IMG/VR virus record: IMGVR_UViG_2061766007_000920
Source of the DNA: an uncultured virus (IMG/VR IMGVR_UViG_2061766007_000920)
Lineage: Duplodnaviria; Heunggongvirae; Uroviricota; Caudoviricetes
DNA: 59,769 nucleotides
Reading direction: 5' to 3' (one strand)
Below are positions 15,876-27,000 of this stretch, piece by piece (position 1 is the stretch's first letter; each line of letters opens with the position of its first letter). The notes under the pieces were generated by a model that did not search any database, had not been told where the DNA came from, and saw only the letters and a list, made by a program, of their open reading frames with translations. Made by a program: the position numbers and the translations under genes.

Positions 15876-16655
15876 TTATTCTCCTTTTATTAATTTGTAT
15901 TTGACTTCCATAAAGTCTAATGTTTGTAAGACTTTATCTAAATCCTTTAGGCTTATAATTATGCTTGCTGTGTTAGATTTTACCGTTGGTTTTTCTTCAT
16001 GTTTTGTCTCACACTGCTCATCTTTTTGTATAGCACTGATAACTTCTTTGTCTTTTAGATACTGTTGATTTCTGTTGATAACTTCCTTTAAATCTCTAGT
16101 CTTCTTGTAGACTTTGATAAGTTCATCGTTTATCTCGCTATTAAGCGATTCAATGATTTTTAAATCATTTCTTACGGCTACAACCTTTTCTCCAATATCA
16201 AAAGCAATATCTTTTTCAGAGTAAGAAACGTTTGTCCATTTGGGATTAAAAATTAAATCAAATGGCAAAAATTCCTCAAGTCCTTGAATATTGTTATCGT
16301 AAATCTCTTTTGCTACCTGTGCTTTTGCTTGAGCCTTTTCTTCCGCAAACATCTTGATTTGAGTGTCGATTTCTTTGATAGGTTTATCTATTTCTTCGAG
16401 AAGAGTTTTTACTTGTCCTTCAAACTCGTTGTAAGGAATCATAAAATCTTCTTTTAATTCCTTTCGCCTATCATCTACTGCCTTGTGAATCTTTCTTAGT
16501 GTTGCGAGTTCTTTCTTAAACTCTGGGATAGAGTCTTCTGTCACTGTCAAACCAGAATATGCACTCATTTGAATTGCAAGAGCTTCTTTGATTTTGCTGA
16601 AATCGCATTCAATTTTTCCTGCTGTTTGCGTGACGTTTAAATCAAATCCTATCAT
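15876..16655 (-). CDS. DUF1351-family protein
   Basis: coiled N-terminus, DDRRKELK...PYNEFE, NPKWTN; typical position next to ERF. Confidence 0.75.
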   Translation of the reverse strand: MIGFDLNVTQTAGKIECDFSKIKEALAIQMSAYSGLTVTEDSIPEFKKELATLRKIHKAVDDRRKELKEDFMIPYNEFEGQVKTLLEEIDKPIKEIDTQIKMFAEEKAQAKAQVAKEIYDNNIQGLEEFLPFDLIFNPKWTNVSYSEKDIAFDIGEKVVAVRNDLKIIESLNSEINDELIKVYKKTRDLKEVINRNQQYLKDKEVISAIQKDEQCETKHEEKPTVKSNTASIIISLKDLDKVLQTLDFMEVKYKLIKGE

Positions 16656-16669
16656 AATTCTCCTTTCTT

Positions 16670-17239
16670 TTACTTGTAAAATCTTTGTCCGTATTCTTCA
16701 AACAGAAAAGATTTATTTTTTCTATGCCAACTCTTTGAACTATTAGAAGATGATTCAAAGAATAAAGCGCCTTGTGATATGTCTTTACCGCCTTCCAATT
16801 CGGCTAATGCTATATGAGTTTCACTTGTGGGATTGGCTTTTTTAAAAACCCCATTTCCCATTACAGCAAATTGATACTGTCCATTGTATTTTTGATAAAT
16901 AACTTCTCTAACAGTGTTCGGGAAATTCTCGCTTTCTACGCGATTCATAATTACATTCATTACAACAAGTTGTCCTTCTACGCCTTGATTTCCCGCTTCA
17001 CTCCAAGCAAGTCTCATAATCATTTCCGCTTCTTCTTGAGTGAGTTCAACAATGCTTTCGTCTATACTATACTCTTCATTGCTAGAAGTTGTATAAATTG
17101 GAATTTCATCATGTTCATCTGTATTTTCATCTATTATATATGTTTCGATAGGTTCTATAACAACTTCTGTTTTTCGGGTTGATAATGTCATTAAAACAGT
17201 GATTAATATTGATAACATAATTGAAATAATCCGTTTCAT
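16670..17239 (-). CDS. SleB-like cell wall hydrolase (Hydrolase_2) with N-terminal signal/TM
   Basis: SEAGNQGVEGQLVVMNVIMNRV...FPNTVREVIYQ...QF...GALFF. Confidence 0.85.
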   Translation of the reverse strand: MKRIISIMLSILITVLMTLSTRKTEVVIEPIETYIIDENTDEHDEIPIYTTSSNEEYSIDESIVELTQEEAEMIMRLAWSEAGNQGVEGQLVVMNVIMNRVESENFPNTVREVIYQKYNGQYQFAVMGNGVFKKANPTSETHIALAELEGGKDISQGALFFESSSNSSKSWHRKNKSFLFEEYGQRFYK

Positions 17240-17254
17240 GCCTCCCTCTCCTGT

Positions 17255-17467
17255 TCACAATTTTGTGTTCGCCAAGAAAATTTTTCTTTTTAACGTATCA
17301 GATAAATTTAAAATCTTAGCAAGATTTTCAAACTCGGATATTTTAACCTCGCTACCTCTAATAATAGCATAAAGACGCTCCCGTGAAATTCCTGCTTTTT
17401 TAGCAATGTGGACTTTTGTTATTCCACTGTCTTTTATAACTTCTAGCAGTAATTTACCATCCGTCAT
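17255..17467 (-). CDS. Cro-like HTH regulator
   Basis: IKDSGITKVHIAKKAGISRERLY; first gene after promoter 17498-17526. Confidence 0.75.
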   Translation of the reverse strand: MTDGKLLLEVIKDSGITKVHIAKKAGISRERLYAIIRGSEVKISEFENLAKILNLSDTLKRKIFLANTKL

Positions 17468-17497
17468 TCTGTTACTCCTTTCTTGTGTGATACAACT

Positions 17498-17526
17498 ATC
17501 ATATCGCAAAGCGTTTTAAATGTCAA
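17498..17526 (-). promoter_or_regulatory. sigma-A promoter for the replication/recombination operon
   Basis: TTGACA-17 bp-TATGAT. Confidence 0.8.
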
Positions 17527-17569
17527 TACTTTTTACAAAAATGTATTTATTTTACACACACATAAAAAC

Positions 17570-17597
17570 AAAAAAGTCGAGCAACTGCCCGACTTTT
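17570..17597 (-). terminator. intrinsic terminator ending the structural operon
   Basis: AAAAGTCGGGCAGTTGCTCGACTTTTTT hairpin plus U-tract. Confidence 0.75.
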
Positions 17598-17604
17598 CCG
17601 CAAT

Positions 17605-17994
17605 TCAATCATCAATAATTCCACAATCAATAATATTCATTTTACATGAACGATAGTATTGGAAATCTCCGTTAGAATTAATGTAATAAGGTTCGCATGT
17701 TCTATCGCCGCAATAACACAGATGAGTGCAATAACCTCCGTTTACAACATCTGGAAAAGTAGCGTGAAACTTAAAGTCTTTGACTAAGTTCAGTATATTT
17801 TTCCATTGTTCTTTAGTAAGCCATCGCCATTCCATATTGTCGAGCTTGTAAATATCTCTTCCTACGCGCTCTCCAACCATTTCTCCTAACGCATTTCTTC
17901 CGCTATTTACGTTCGTTGAAACTGTTTCCGACAATCCTCTAATGGGAACTGGTAAAGAAGTTCCGTTAATCGTTAAAAGTGCCATATCAATCAC
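17605..17994 (-). CDS. tail protein following tape measure (DUF6711/distal-tail-like)
   Basis: position after TMP; SGRNALGEMVGERV...YCGDR pattern. Confidence 0.6.
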   Translation of the reverse strand: MIDMALLTINGTSLPVPIRGLSETVSTNVNSGRNALGEMVGERVGRDIYKLDNMEWRWLTKEQWKNILNLVKDFKFHATFPDVVNGGYCTHLCYCGDRTCEPYYINSNGDFQYYRSCKMNIIDCGIIDD

Positions 17995-18055
17995 CTCTTA
18001 TTTGGAGAGCCGACTTACGCCGACTCTCCTTGATAAATAGTATCGTGGTTCATAC

Positions 18056-21000
18056 TTAGTCTACAAATCTATTGCCAAGTCCTTTTTGTCCTCTATTATT
18101 AGCTTCTGCAATCTGCCTATCACCTATCTGCACATTAACATCTTTATTGTTAATTGTATCAGCTAAGATATTAGTCTGATTTTCAATAGCATTTTTAATA
18201 GATTCATTAGCCATAGACACACCATTCGCTACTGCGGTTACTATCTGTTCATTGTTTGCAACAGCCGCCTTATTTCCGAAGCTTCCAACAAATTCGGGCT
18301 TTCCGTTTTCTCGTGCGACAAATAACTCGCCCGTGTTGGGAATACCGCCCATTTGGAAACCTCTCACAAGGAATGAATTTGAATACCAGTTTTCAAAATC
18401 CGATTTTGTTCCTCGTGTTTGTCTACCTCCCACAGTAAACGAGAAGTCATTAAACTCCCATGCGGGGTCATTGTAAAACTTTGATATGTCATATCTCGTT
18501 CCGCCCTTGCCGCTTGCTACGCCATAAACATTAAACGATTGTTTTGCGCCTGTGTCTTTGTTGCGGAACTCAACTTCAGTTCCATATCCTGTTTGCAATG
18601 ATTCAAGAGCGCTGACCGCTTCTCTCGGTATGTTTCCAAGCTTAACGTTATACTTATTCAAAACCTCAATATATTTATTGAGTGCATCCGACACACTGCT
18701 TGGAGTGGTTGACGCTGAATAAAGGTTTTCACTAGGAGTAAGATTATATTTATCTTTAATGTATGCCTTGATAGCCTCAAGTTGAGTTCTATCAGTAATA
18801 GTGTTTCCATTAGCATCTAAGAAGCGAATCTGGTTAGAACCTGTGGTTAAGTATGAATCAGAGGAGTTAAGAGCCGAACTAAGCACGGATGGCTTTGATT
18901 TAGCCCAACTATCTATGCTGTCAATTACTGCGCTTCCGCTTCCAGAATATTTCTGACTTACAAACAATGATGTAGCGCCAAGTCCTGTAGTCTTATTTCT
19001 GTATTGAGCCTCAGTAACTTCTTGCCCTCCGAGATAGTATTTTCCTCCCCACTTACCATCGAGCTGTCTACTATGAATAATGTTTCCGTCGGAATCGTAA
19101 TAATTTACTTTTCCTGTTGATACATCAGAATGTCTGTCAGCCCATCCTTCATAGTAATCATCTTTATGAGGATTTTTTTCTTTTCTTTCTTTTGCTCTCT
19201 TCTTTTCCTCTTCTTTAAACTTATCGTTCGATACAGCGTATACACTTCCATCAGAGTTATATATCTTGCCGTCTTGTTCGTAGCCGCCGCTAGGGATTGT
19301 TGCACCCCATGAACTCTTTTTAGGTTCTTCCTTTTCTTTCTTGGTGTTATTCGATGAACCGCCGTCAGACGAACCTCCCGAACCGCCAGAACTTCCACCA
19401 GATGAGCTATCCGAACCGCCAGAGCTTCCACCAGACGAACCGCCCGAATGTTTATCTTCGTGGTCTTTTGTAGAGCCGCCCGAACTTCCGCCAGATGAAC
19501 CTCCCGAAGAACCACCACTGACAGTATTGTTTGTGCCGTTAGTAGAAGGATTCTTGCTTGTTCCGCCAGTAGAAGGAGTCTTAGCTGTTCCGCCAGTAGA
19601 GGATGAACTTGAGCCGCCATTAGAACCCCATCTGAACTTTAAGAAATCAAGTACAGTACGTCTATCTCCCGAATCAATCTTTTTTCCATTGCTATCAGTT
19701 ATAGGGAACTCTCCGTCAGCAATTCTTCTTCTAAGACCTATAGGCAAATCATCTGTAAGTCTTACAAGTTGACCGTCAACTAAGGCAAACAGACCAACTT
19801 TTCCGTAATTTGTATAAAGAAAAATATCTTTGCCATTATCCGCAGTAACAATTCCATTTCCGTCAGAAGCAGAGCCTCCCGTCTTTCCTCCTGTTGATGA
19901 AGAACCACCAGAAGAACCACTTGTCGAACCGCTTGAAGAACCGCTTGATTTTCCAGTTGACGAGCTATTTGAAGAACCGCCTGTCGAAGAATTTCCGCTA
20001 TCCCTCTTAGCTCCCGCTACCGCAGGAGTGTCCTTATTTCCACATCCGTTGCAATTGCAACAACATGTGCATTCGCACTTAATATTTCCAAGCTTATTTA
20101 TTAATGCGTTTATAGCATCTATAAGCCTTGATGTAGCATTGTTCCAAGAATCTGTCGTTGCATGTGCCTCAAAAGTAATAACTCCATCAAGTTTCTCGTT
20201 GAGCTTTGCAAAAATTTCATCAATCTTAGCTTTTGCTCTATCAGCCCAACGAACAAGATAATCATAAGCATTATCTAACTCGTTCTGGAATCCTACGGCA
20301 ACGCCTGTAAGTATATTAGGTGCTTTAAATGATTCAAGAGATTGCTTAATCCTGTCAAGCCAAGCCTTTACTAAATCAAGAACTTTTGCCATTTCTTGAT
20401 TAACATTATCCGAAATGCCCTTGAAGAGTTTTATATTATTCAGCTTGTCAAATTCTACTTGAATCCAAGCTACATAATATCTGACAACATCAAGAACTTT
20501 AGATAATTCCATGTCAGCTTTTTCGCTAAGTCCGTTAAGGAACTCATCAGCAATACCGTCAAATATTCCTTTTAAATTATCTCTGAATTTTCTTATTCCT
20601 TTTTCAACGCTCATAAAGAAGCCACTAATCATGTTGCCTAACTTATTCAAGCGTTTTCTGATATTTGATATTGAGCTGTTTCCAAGAAACATATCGGCAA
20701 AACCACCAGTAGTTTGAGAAGAAGTTGTATTTGTTGTGCTAGTAGTTGTTGTGCTGATAGATGAGTTTCCTGTTACGCCCTTTTTAGGATTGCCCCATTT
20801 CTTTTTTAGTTCCTCAATCAATTTTTCTTCGGCTGTACGGTCTAAAGCGCTATTTTTTACAATCGGTTTAAGATTTCTTGAAAGGATTTTCCATTTCAAA
20901 TCATCACTAAGACCATCGGTAATAGCATAATCTTTGCCATCTACTTTTATGTATACATCTTGTAAAGCGCCAGATATTGTCTTTGCCTTATAAGTATTTG

Positions 21001-24000
21001 TATCAGAGCCAGTATAAATAGGCGGTTCTACTTTTGTCGAACTAAGAGTTGTATTGGACAATGCGTTGTAATCACTTGCAAAATCGCTTTCCTTCAACGC
21101 TTCGTAATATTTTGCATCACCGTAATCACGTTCATCATAAGACTCTCCACCAAACATAAAAGGATTGAATATTGAAGAAGTCGATGATGTTGAAGCGTCA
21201 ATCTTGATATCTTTCAGCTCTTTAGCAATTGCGCGTCCAATAATTTCTCCGAAATGCGCCCAATCTATATCTTCGAGAACCTCTCTGAATGCACGAGCCA
21301 TTGTTCTTCCGAAGTTTTCCCAGTCGTAAGCACCACCAAAGCCAGTAGCTATAAGCCATCCTGCGTCTCTCCAATTGACATTTTTATTAAATGCCTTGGC
21401 AAGTTGCGCTCCTGCGTCTTCGTAGTTTGAATTAGACTTGAAATTCTCGGCAAACTTTTTCCAATCGTAAGCATCGTAAAAGATATTTAACGCTTCTACT
21501 ATTGTATCGCGCAATTTATCGTAATCTATGCCGAATTGAGTAAGAGTGCCACCACTTGCATTCATGCTATTGCCTGCGTAGGTCTCTCCCATTTTCTTTG
21601 AGCCTTCGACAACGCCATTAGAGTTAAAATCAACATCTTTTACATGAAGCCTATCTGCAAAGATATCTTCAACGATAAGGATTTTTGACGTGATTTCATC
21701 GGTGTTTATGTAAGATGCAGTAATTGTTCCGAGCTTGGGGTCTTTAAGCGTAATGGGAACTTTCTTGTCTTTATTGAAAAGGTCTTCCCAAGTTTTCGCA
21801 TAAGAATCATCCATCTCTGGTGTAACATCCACAGGAACAGAATACTTATCCTTTGACTTATTTCCACCAAAGAAATCTTTAATCTTCTTGACAAAATCCT
21901 CAATCTTCTTCTTAATCTTACCAAAGAACGACGTTAAGCCATTATCAAGACCTTTAGGCTCAACATCATCAAAAGTTTTTGAGAAATCAAACTTATCGGC
22001 AAAAGCTTTCTTGATAAGAGATGCCACTAAAGCTCCAAGCGCCATTGCAACGCCCGTAAATGGATTTGTTGCAAAAGTGATGACAGTTAGCATTGTGTAC
22101 ATGATTTTAGCAACTTGCTTTAATAGTAATGGTATATAATCCATCAATACTTTTGCAATTTCTTTTGCTAATTCATCAAGGTCATTTAATACGGCTTGTG
22201 ATATAGCGTCTTTTTGCTCTAATGACAATAAGAACATCCTTAACGCTACACTTATTAGCATTCCTTTCAGCTTACCAAGTTTAAGCTGTTTAACTATCTT
22301 CATCATCTGACGGTGAATATCGCTTGTTTCATCCCAGAAAGAATCGACAATCGCTACAATGCCGTCTATGATAGTATTCAGCGATTTAACTATTGTTTTC
22401 TCGTTGGTCTTTAAAAACTTAACAAACCTATCTGAAAACTGTTTCATCGCCTTGTCTGCTTCGTCAGCTACATCGTCAAAGAAATCAGCCGCTCCTGTTA
22501 CTATTCCGAGTAAAGTTTCTCCGATAATATCAGCAAGCTTTGAAAAAGAATTGCGGTCAATCATGCCTTTCAGCGTTTCTTCTATCGTGGTGCTGAAAGA
22601 GCCGAATGCATTCTGTATCATCTTTTTGATGTTGTTTTTATTAGCGAATATTTTATCTATCGCATCAGCAACACCCGTTGATATCTGCTTTGCTAAATCG
22701 CCCCATTTAATTCCCTTAAGAGCTATATCTACTGCCACAACAAGGTCTACTACAACTTGTCCTGCATTAGCAACGGTTCTTTCTAACGCTCCACTGTTTA
22801 TAGCGCTGTTCACAAGGTCTTTAACCCTTTTCGCAAGAGCGTTAAGGTCTATGTCTAATATTGGTTCAATAAACTTAATAACTACTTTAATTGCTTTGTC
22901 TAAAGTAACATTAGCGTTATTCCAGAACCTATCATTATTAAGGAAGCCGTTTATTGTATCAACTACATTCTTGGAGAAATCATTGACGTTTCGCTCTATT
23001 GCATTCCAATCAATGTGTTCCATGGTTATGCTTAAATGCTCAGCTAACCACTTTCCGAGATTAAAGTCGGCAGGAAGCGAATCGAAAATTCCCCTCAATG
23101 CACTTGATACTTTATTAACTACATCAGCGGGGAACTTGAAAACTTCATCCCAGTTGATTCCATTTAAGCCTTTTTGGATTGCGCCCTGTATTGCGCTTCC
23201 AATGTCATAAGCCTTTATGTCGTTAACAACTTTGTACAGTCCTTCAAAAATAGTGTTTCCGAATTTTGCAATGCTTGTGGTTACTTTTGATAAAAATGCT
23301 TCGTCAGCAAATACTCCGTTGATAACATCGGCAATATTTGAAGCCCATCCTTTTACGCCTTGCCTAAATGTAGACCAATCAATATCAAGCGCTCTCGTTA
23401 TCGCATTCTTGAGATTTTCAGTAAGACTACTAAAATCTATTCTGCTAAAATCAGAGAAAGCGTTTATAAATATGTCATTTATAATGTGCTTGATTGTATT
23501 GCCAATATCGTTCCAAAGGCGAGTATCTCTAGCCCACTGATTAACAGCATCGGTAATGCCTTTTGTCCATCCGTCTACCGCATGTCTTACTTGAGACCAG
23601 TTAATTCCTTCAAGGGCTGTCTTAATAGCAAGTGCTACTGAATCAGCCATATTCTTGAAATTAAAGTTCCATGCAAATGTATCAAGATAAGCTACAATAA
23701 CATCATTAATAACATGAGCTACTGTGCTTCCTATATCTTTCCAGAGTTGTTTATCTGCAAAGATTTCATTCCACATGTTTGCCAAACCTTTGGCAAGTGT
23801 AACAACCGTATCTCTTATGAGCGCCCAATCAATAGTTTCAAGCGCACCTTTTAAGAACGTTGTGATTGCTTGTCCAAGAGCTTTCCAGTCAAGGTCATGC
23901 ACTGCTTCGTTGATTATAGCAAAGAGATAATTTACTATTTCGCCTACTGTTTTTCCGAGTGTAGCCCAAAATTCTTTATCTCTAAGAACTGTATTAACTA

Positions 24001-27000
24001 TCTCGAATAATCTCTTTACGAAGTTTCTAGCTCTTTCCTGTAAAGCATCCCAGTCAATATCACGAAGCTTATCTTTCATCCAATCAAGAATATCTTGAAC
24101 TTGAACCTTTATACCGTCAAACGTACCATCAATAGGCACTTTTTCAAACATATCTTCTGGAAGAATGTTTTGCTTGTTGTCTTTTTTGTCGTTTAATATA
24201 TTAAGTTCATCAAGTCCATTAGTGAGATTCTTGACCTTCTTGTTAGCATCCTCTACGTTCTGTCCATAATCCTCAAAGAACTTCTTCGCCCTTAAGTAAT
24301 AAGGCTGTCCTGTAAGCATAGCCATGAATTTAGAGATGTTTTCTGCAACGCCAGTAAGCATTGTAAGGAAATTCTCTACAGGTGAAGCCATTGCGTTAAT
24401 CAAAGGTTCAAAGATAGCTATTGTTTGATTTGCAAGTCTTCTCAAAGCTGAGAAAATGATTGAAACATTATAGTTGAGTTGTAACATTTCATCATTTGCA
24501 TGTTTTTCAAACAAAACCATATCTTCAAATGCTTGCTTCATTGCATTTAAGAAAGCGGTAATCGACTTTCTCATTAGCATTCTTGTAAGCATTGAGAAGT
24601 ATCTTGTTATGGATTTAATAGCACCTTTTAAGATGTGAGTTTGCTTAATAACCTTAGATAACTGGAAATTACTCGAAGCAAGGGTTTTTACAAAGTTAGG
24701 AGAAACAGCTAAAAGAAGTGCCTTCAATCCCTTTATAGCGGGCGCAAAAGCGTTGCCAACCTTGCCAAAGATTGAAACAATAGTTTTTCCAAAATCGCCA
24801 ATCTTACGCAAGGCACTTACGATTATCTCCGCACCGCTACGTACAATAGACACAGCCTTATTCACTGCTCCTGCAACAGCATTAAACGCTCCCACTACAG
24901 ATGAAAGCATGTTCTTTGCGAACTGCATGAGGCTTTGTGTAAACTTTACAATCGAATCACGAAGCTCAGTTATGATTTTATAGTAAGTTTTGAAGATTGC
25001 TATAACAACACCCGCAACTGCGGCAACAGCACCCAAAGCAGACGCTACAGCGCCAAGCGTTCCTGCCAATTCTGACAGCCCCGCAAGTCTTTCTGCATCC
25101 ATAGCAATCTCTCCGCTTTGAACTCCTTTTCCAAACAGAGTCGAAAGCTTACCTACAGACTTACTTATATCACCCTTTCCGCCAGACAACATTTGTCCAA
25201 ACTGAGTGAATCCCTTACCTATGCTATTTCGAGTTTCCTGTTCGATTTTTTCACTTGCTTTGCTTGCTCTTTCAAGTTCATCAGCAAAAGCCGCGGCTCT
25301 AGCACTAGCGTCTTGAAGAGCCTCTGGCATTGCATCAAGGTCTTCTTGAGCTTTCTTTATCTCTTCTTCGATTTCAACCATTCTATCTTTAATGGCTTGG
25401 AATCCTCTTCCCATTCGAGATGAGCTATCTGCGTCCTCGCCATTATTAAACTGCTTCATAATCGAAGCATATCTTTCATATTCTTCTTTAAGATTACGGA
25501 TATACTTCAATCCTTCGTTTTCATTGTTGAAACGAGGTGCTTTCTCAATAGCTACATGCAACTGTTCGATTATGGTTCTTAATTGATTAGCTTCTGCGCT
25601 TGCTGTAGCCCACTTACTAACTTGAGTCTGGAATACAGAAGAATCTTTATAATTCTGCCTTGTAGCCACAGTTGTTTGCATTTTAGCGTATTCTTCTGTA
25701 ATGGTTTTTAAGCGCTGTTGCAACATGCGCTCAGCTTCCGCAAGGCTTCTTTCAAGTTGTCTAAGAGGCGCACTGGTATCAAACATTGAAGAAATATCAA
25801 TGTCTTTAATGTTTTGCTTTAAGTGATTGGCAAAATCATCCCATGTTCTGTTAGCTGATGTTACTACTTTCTGGAATGTTGCAACACCACTGCCGTCTAA
25901 TTTAATGCTAATCTTATTGTTGCTTCCCTGTATACTTCCAAGAGAATTTAAAATCTTCGCCAATGCGTCAGCTATAAGATTAAGCTTACTAGGGTCTGCT
26001 TCTTGCAATCTATCAAGCGCTCTTGTAACAGAACCGAGGTCTTTAAGAGCCTCAATCTTACCGTCTGGGATAACATTAAGAGTGTCAAACAATCTTTCTA
26101 GTACAAGTTCCAAGCCGTTAAGATTGCTTACATTCATCTTCATCAAGCCTTTAAGGTTATTAACCATAATCTTAAAGTTATTTAATCCTTGACCCATGCC
26201 GCTGAGCTTTGTAAGCGCTTCGCCTATAACAAGTATAGGTTCAACATTTACGCTATCATTGCCCATTATATGAAGCCATGATGATAATGATTTTAAGCCT
26301 TCTGCAAGATTTTGGATGTTCTGAATACCATCTAATCCCTTGAAAGATTCAAGAGATTTACCAAGCTGAGAAATTACATTGTTTTCGGGAAGAGAAACAC
26401 TTGTATCTTTCGCAAGGTTAATGATATCTCTTAATGCGTAGAACACATAAGAAAACTTATCCATATTAGTAGGAAGCGCATCGTAGAAAGCTTTTATTTG
26501 CGTTCCTAAAATAGTAAGCACATTGTTTTTCTCGTCAAAGTCTGTGTATTTAAGAGCATTAAGAATAGAAGCGACAGGCTGTGCAAGCGCTCCGATTTTT
26601 TCAAATTTCTGTAATGCACTTTCAATTGAACTATCGCTAGAAAGAGCCTTTAAATAATCAAGTAATTGAGTAAGACCTTTTGTCTGTAAGTCTCTTCCAT
26701 TAAGCATATCTAAGGCGCTTATTAAAGAGCCAAGACCTTGACCTAATCCTCCAACATTCTTGTAGGAATCATTCAAGTGCTTAAATTTTTCAAGCGTTTC
26801 AAAAAGATTACTATTCTTTATAGGTTTTAAAGAATCGTCTAAATCCGTTGTTATAGCTTCTATAGATTCACGAACATTATAGAACCCTCTATCTGCTTCT
26901 TGGAAGCCACTAACAAGCTTATCCATCGTGTCTTGCACGGTAGATGAGGTTGAACCAAGCGTCTGAAATGTTTTTGTGAGAGTTTGAAGTGTGGTGACTG

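Noticed and set aside
16670..17239. SleB-like hydrolase as the endolysin
   Set aside because: It lies at the start of the replication operon with no adjacent holin; a lysis role is not supportable from position.
19341..20261. + strand Pro/Glu-rich ORFs (19341-19772, 19830-20261)
   Set aside because: They are antisense shadows of the Gly/Ser-rich part of the TMP.
22359..23210. 283-aa + strand ORF
   Set aside because: It is antisense to the TMP, has no RBS, and its composition is typical of a shadow frame.
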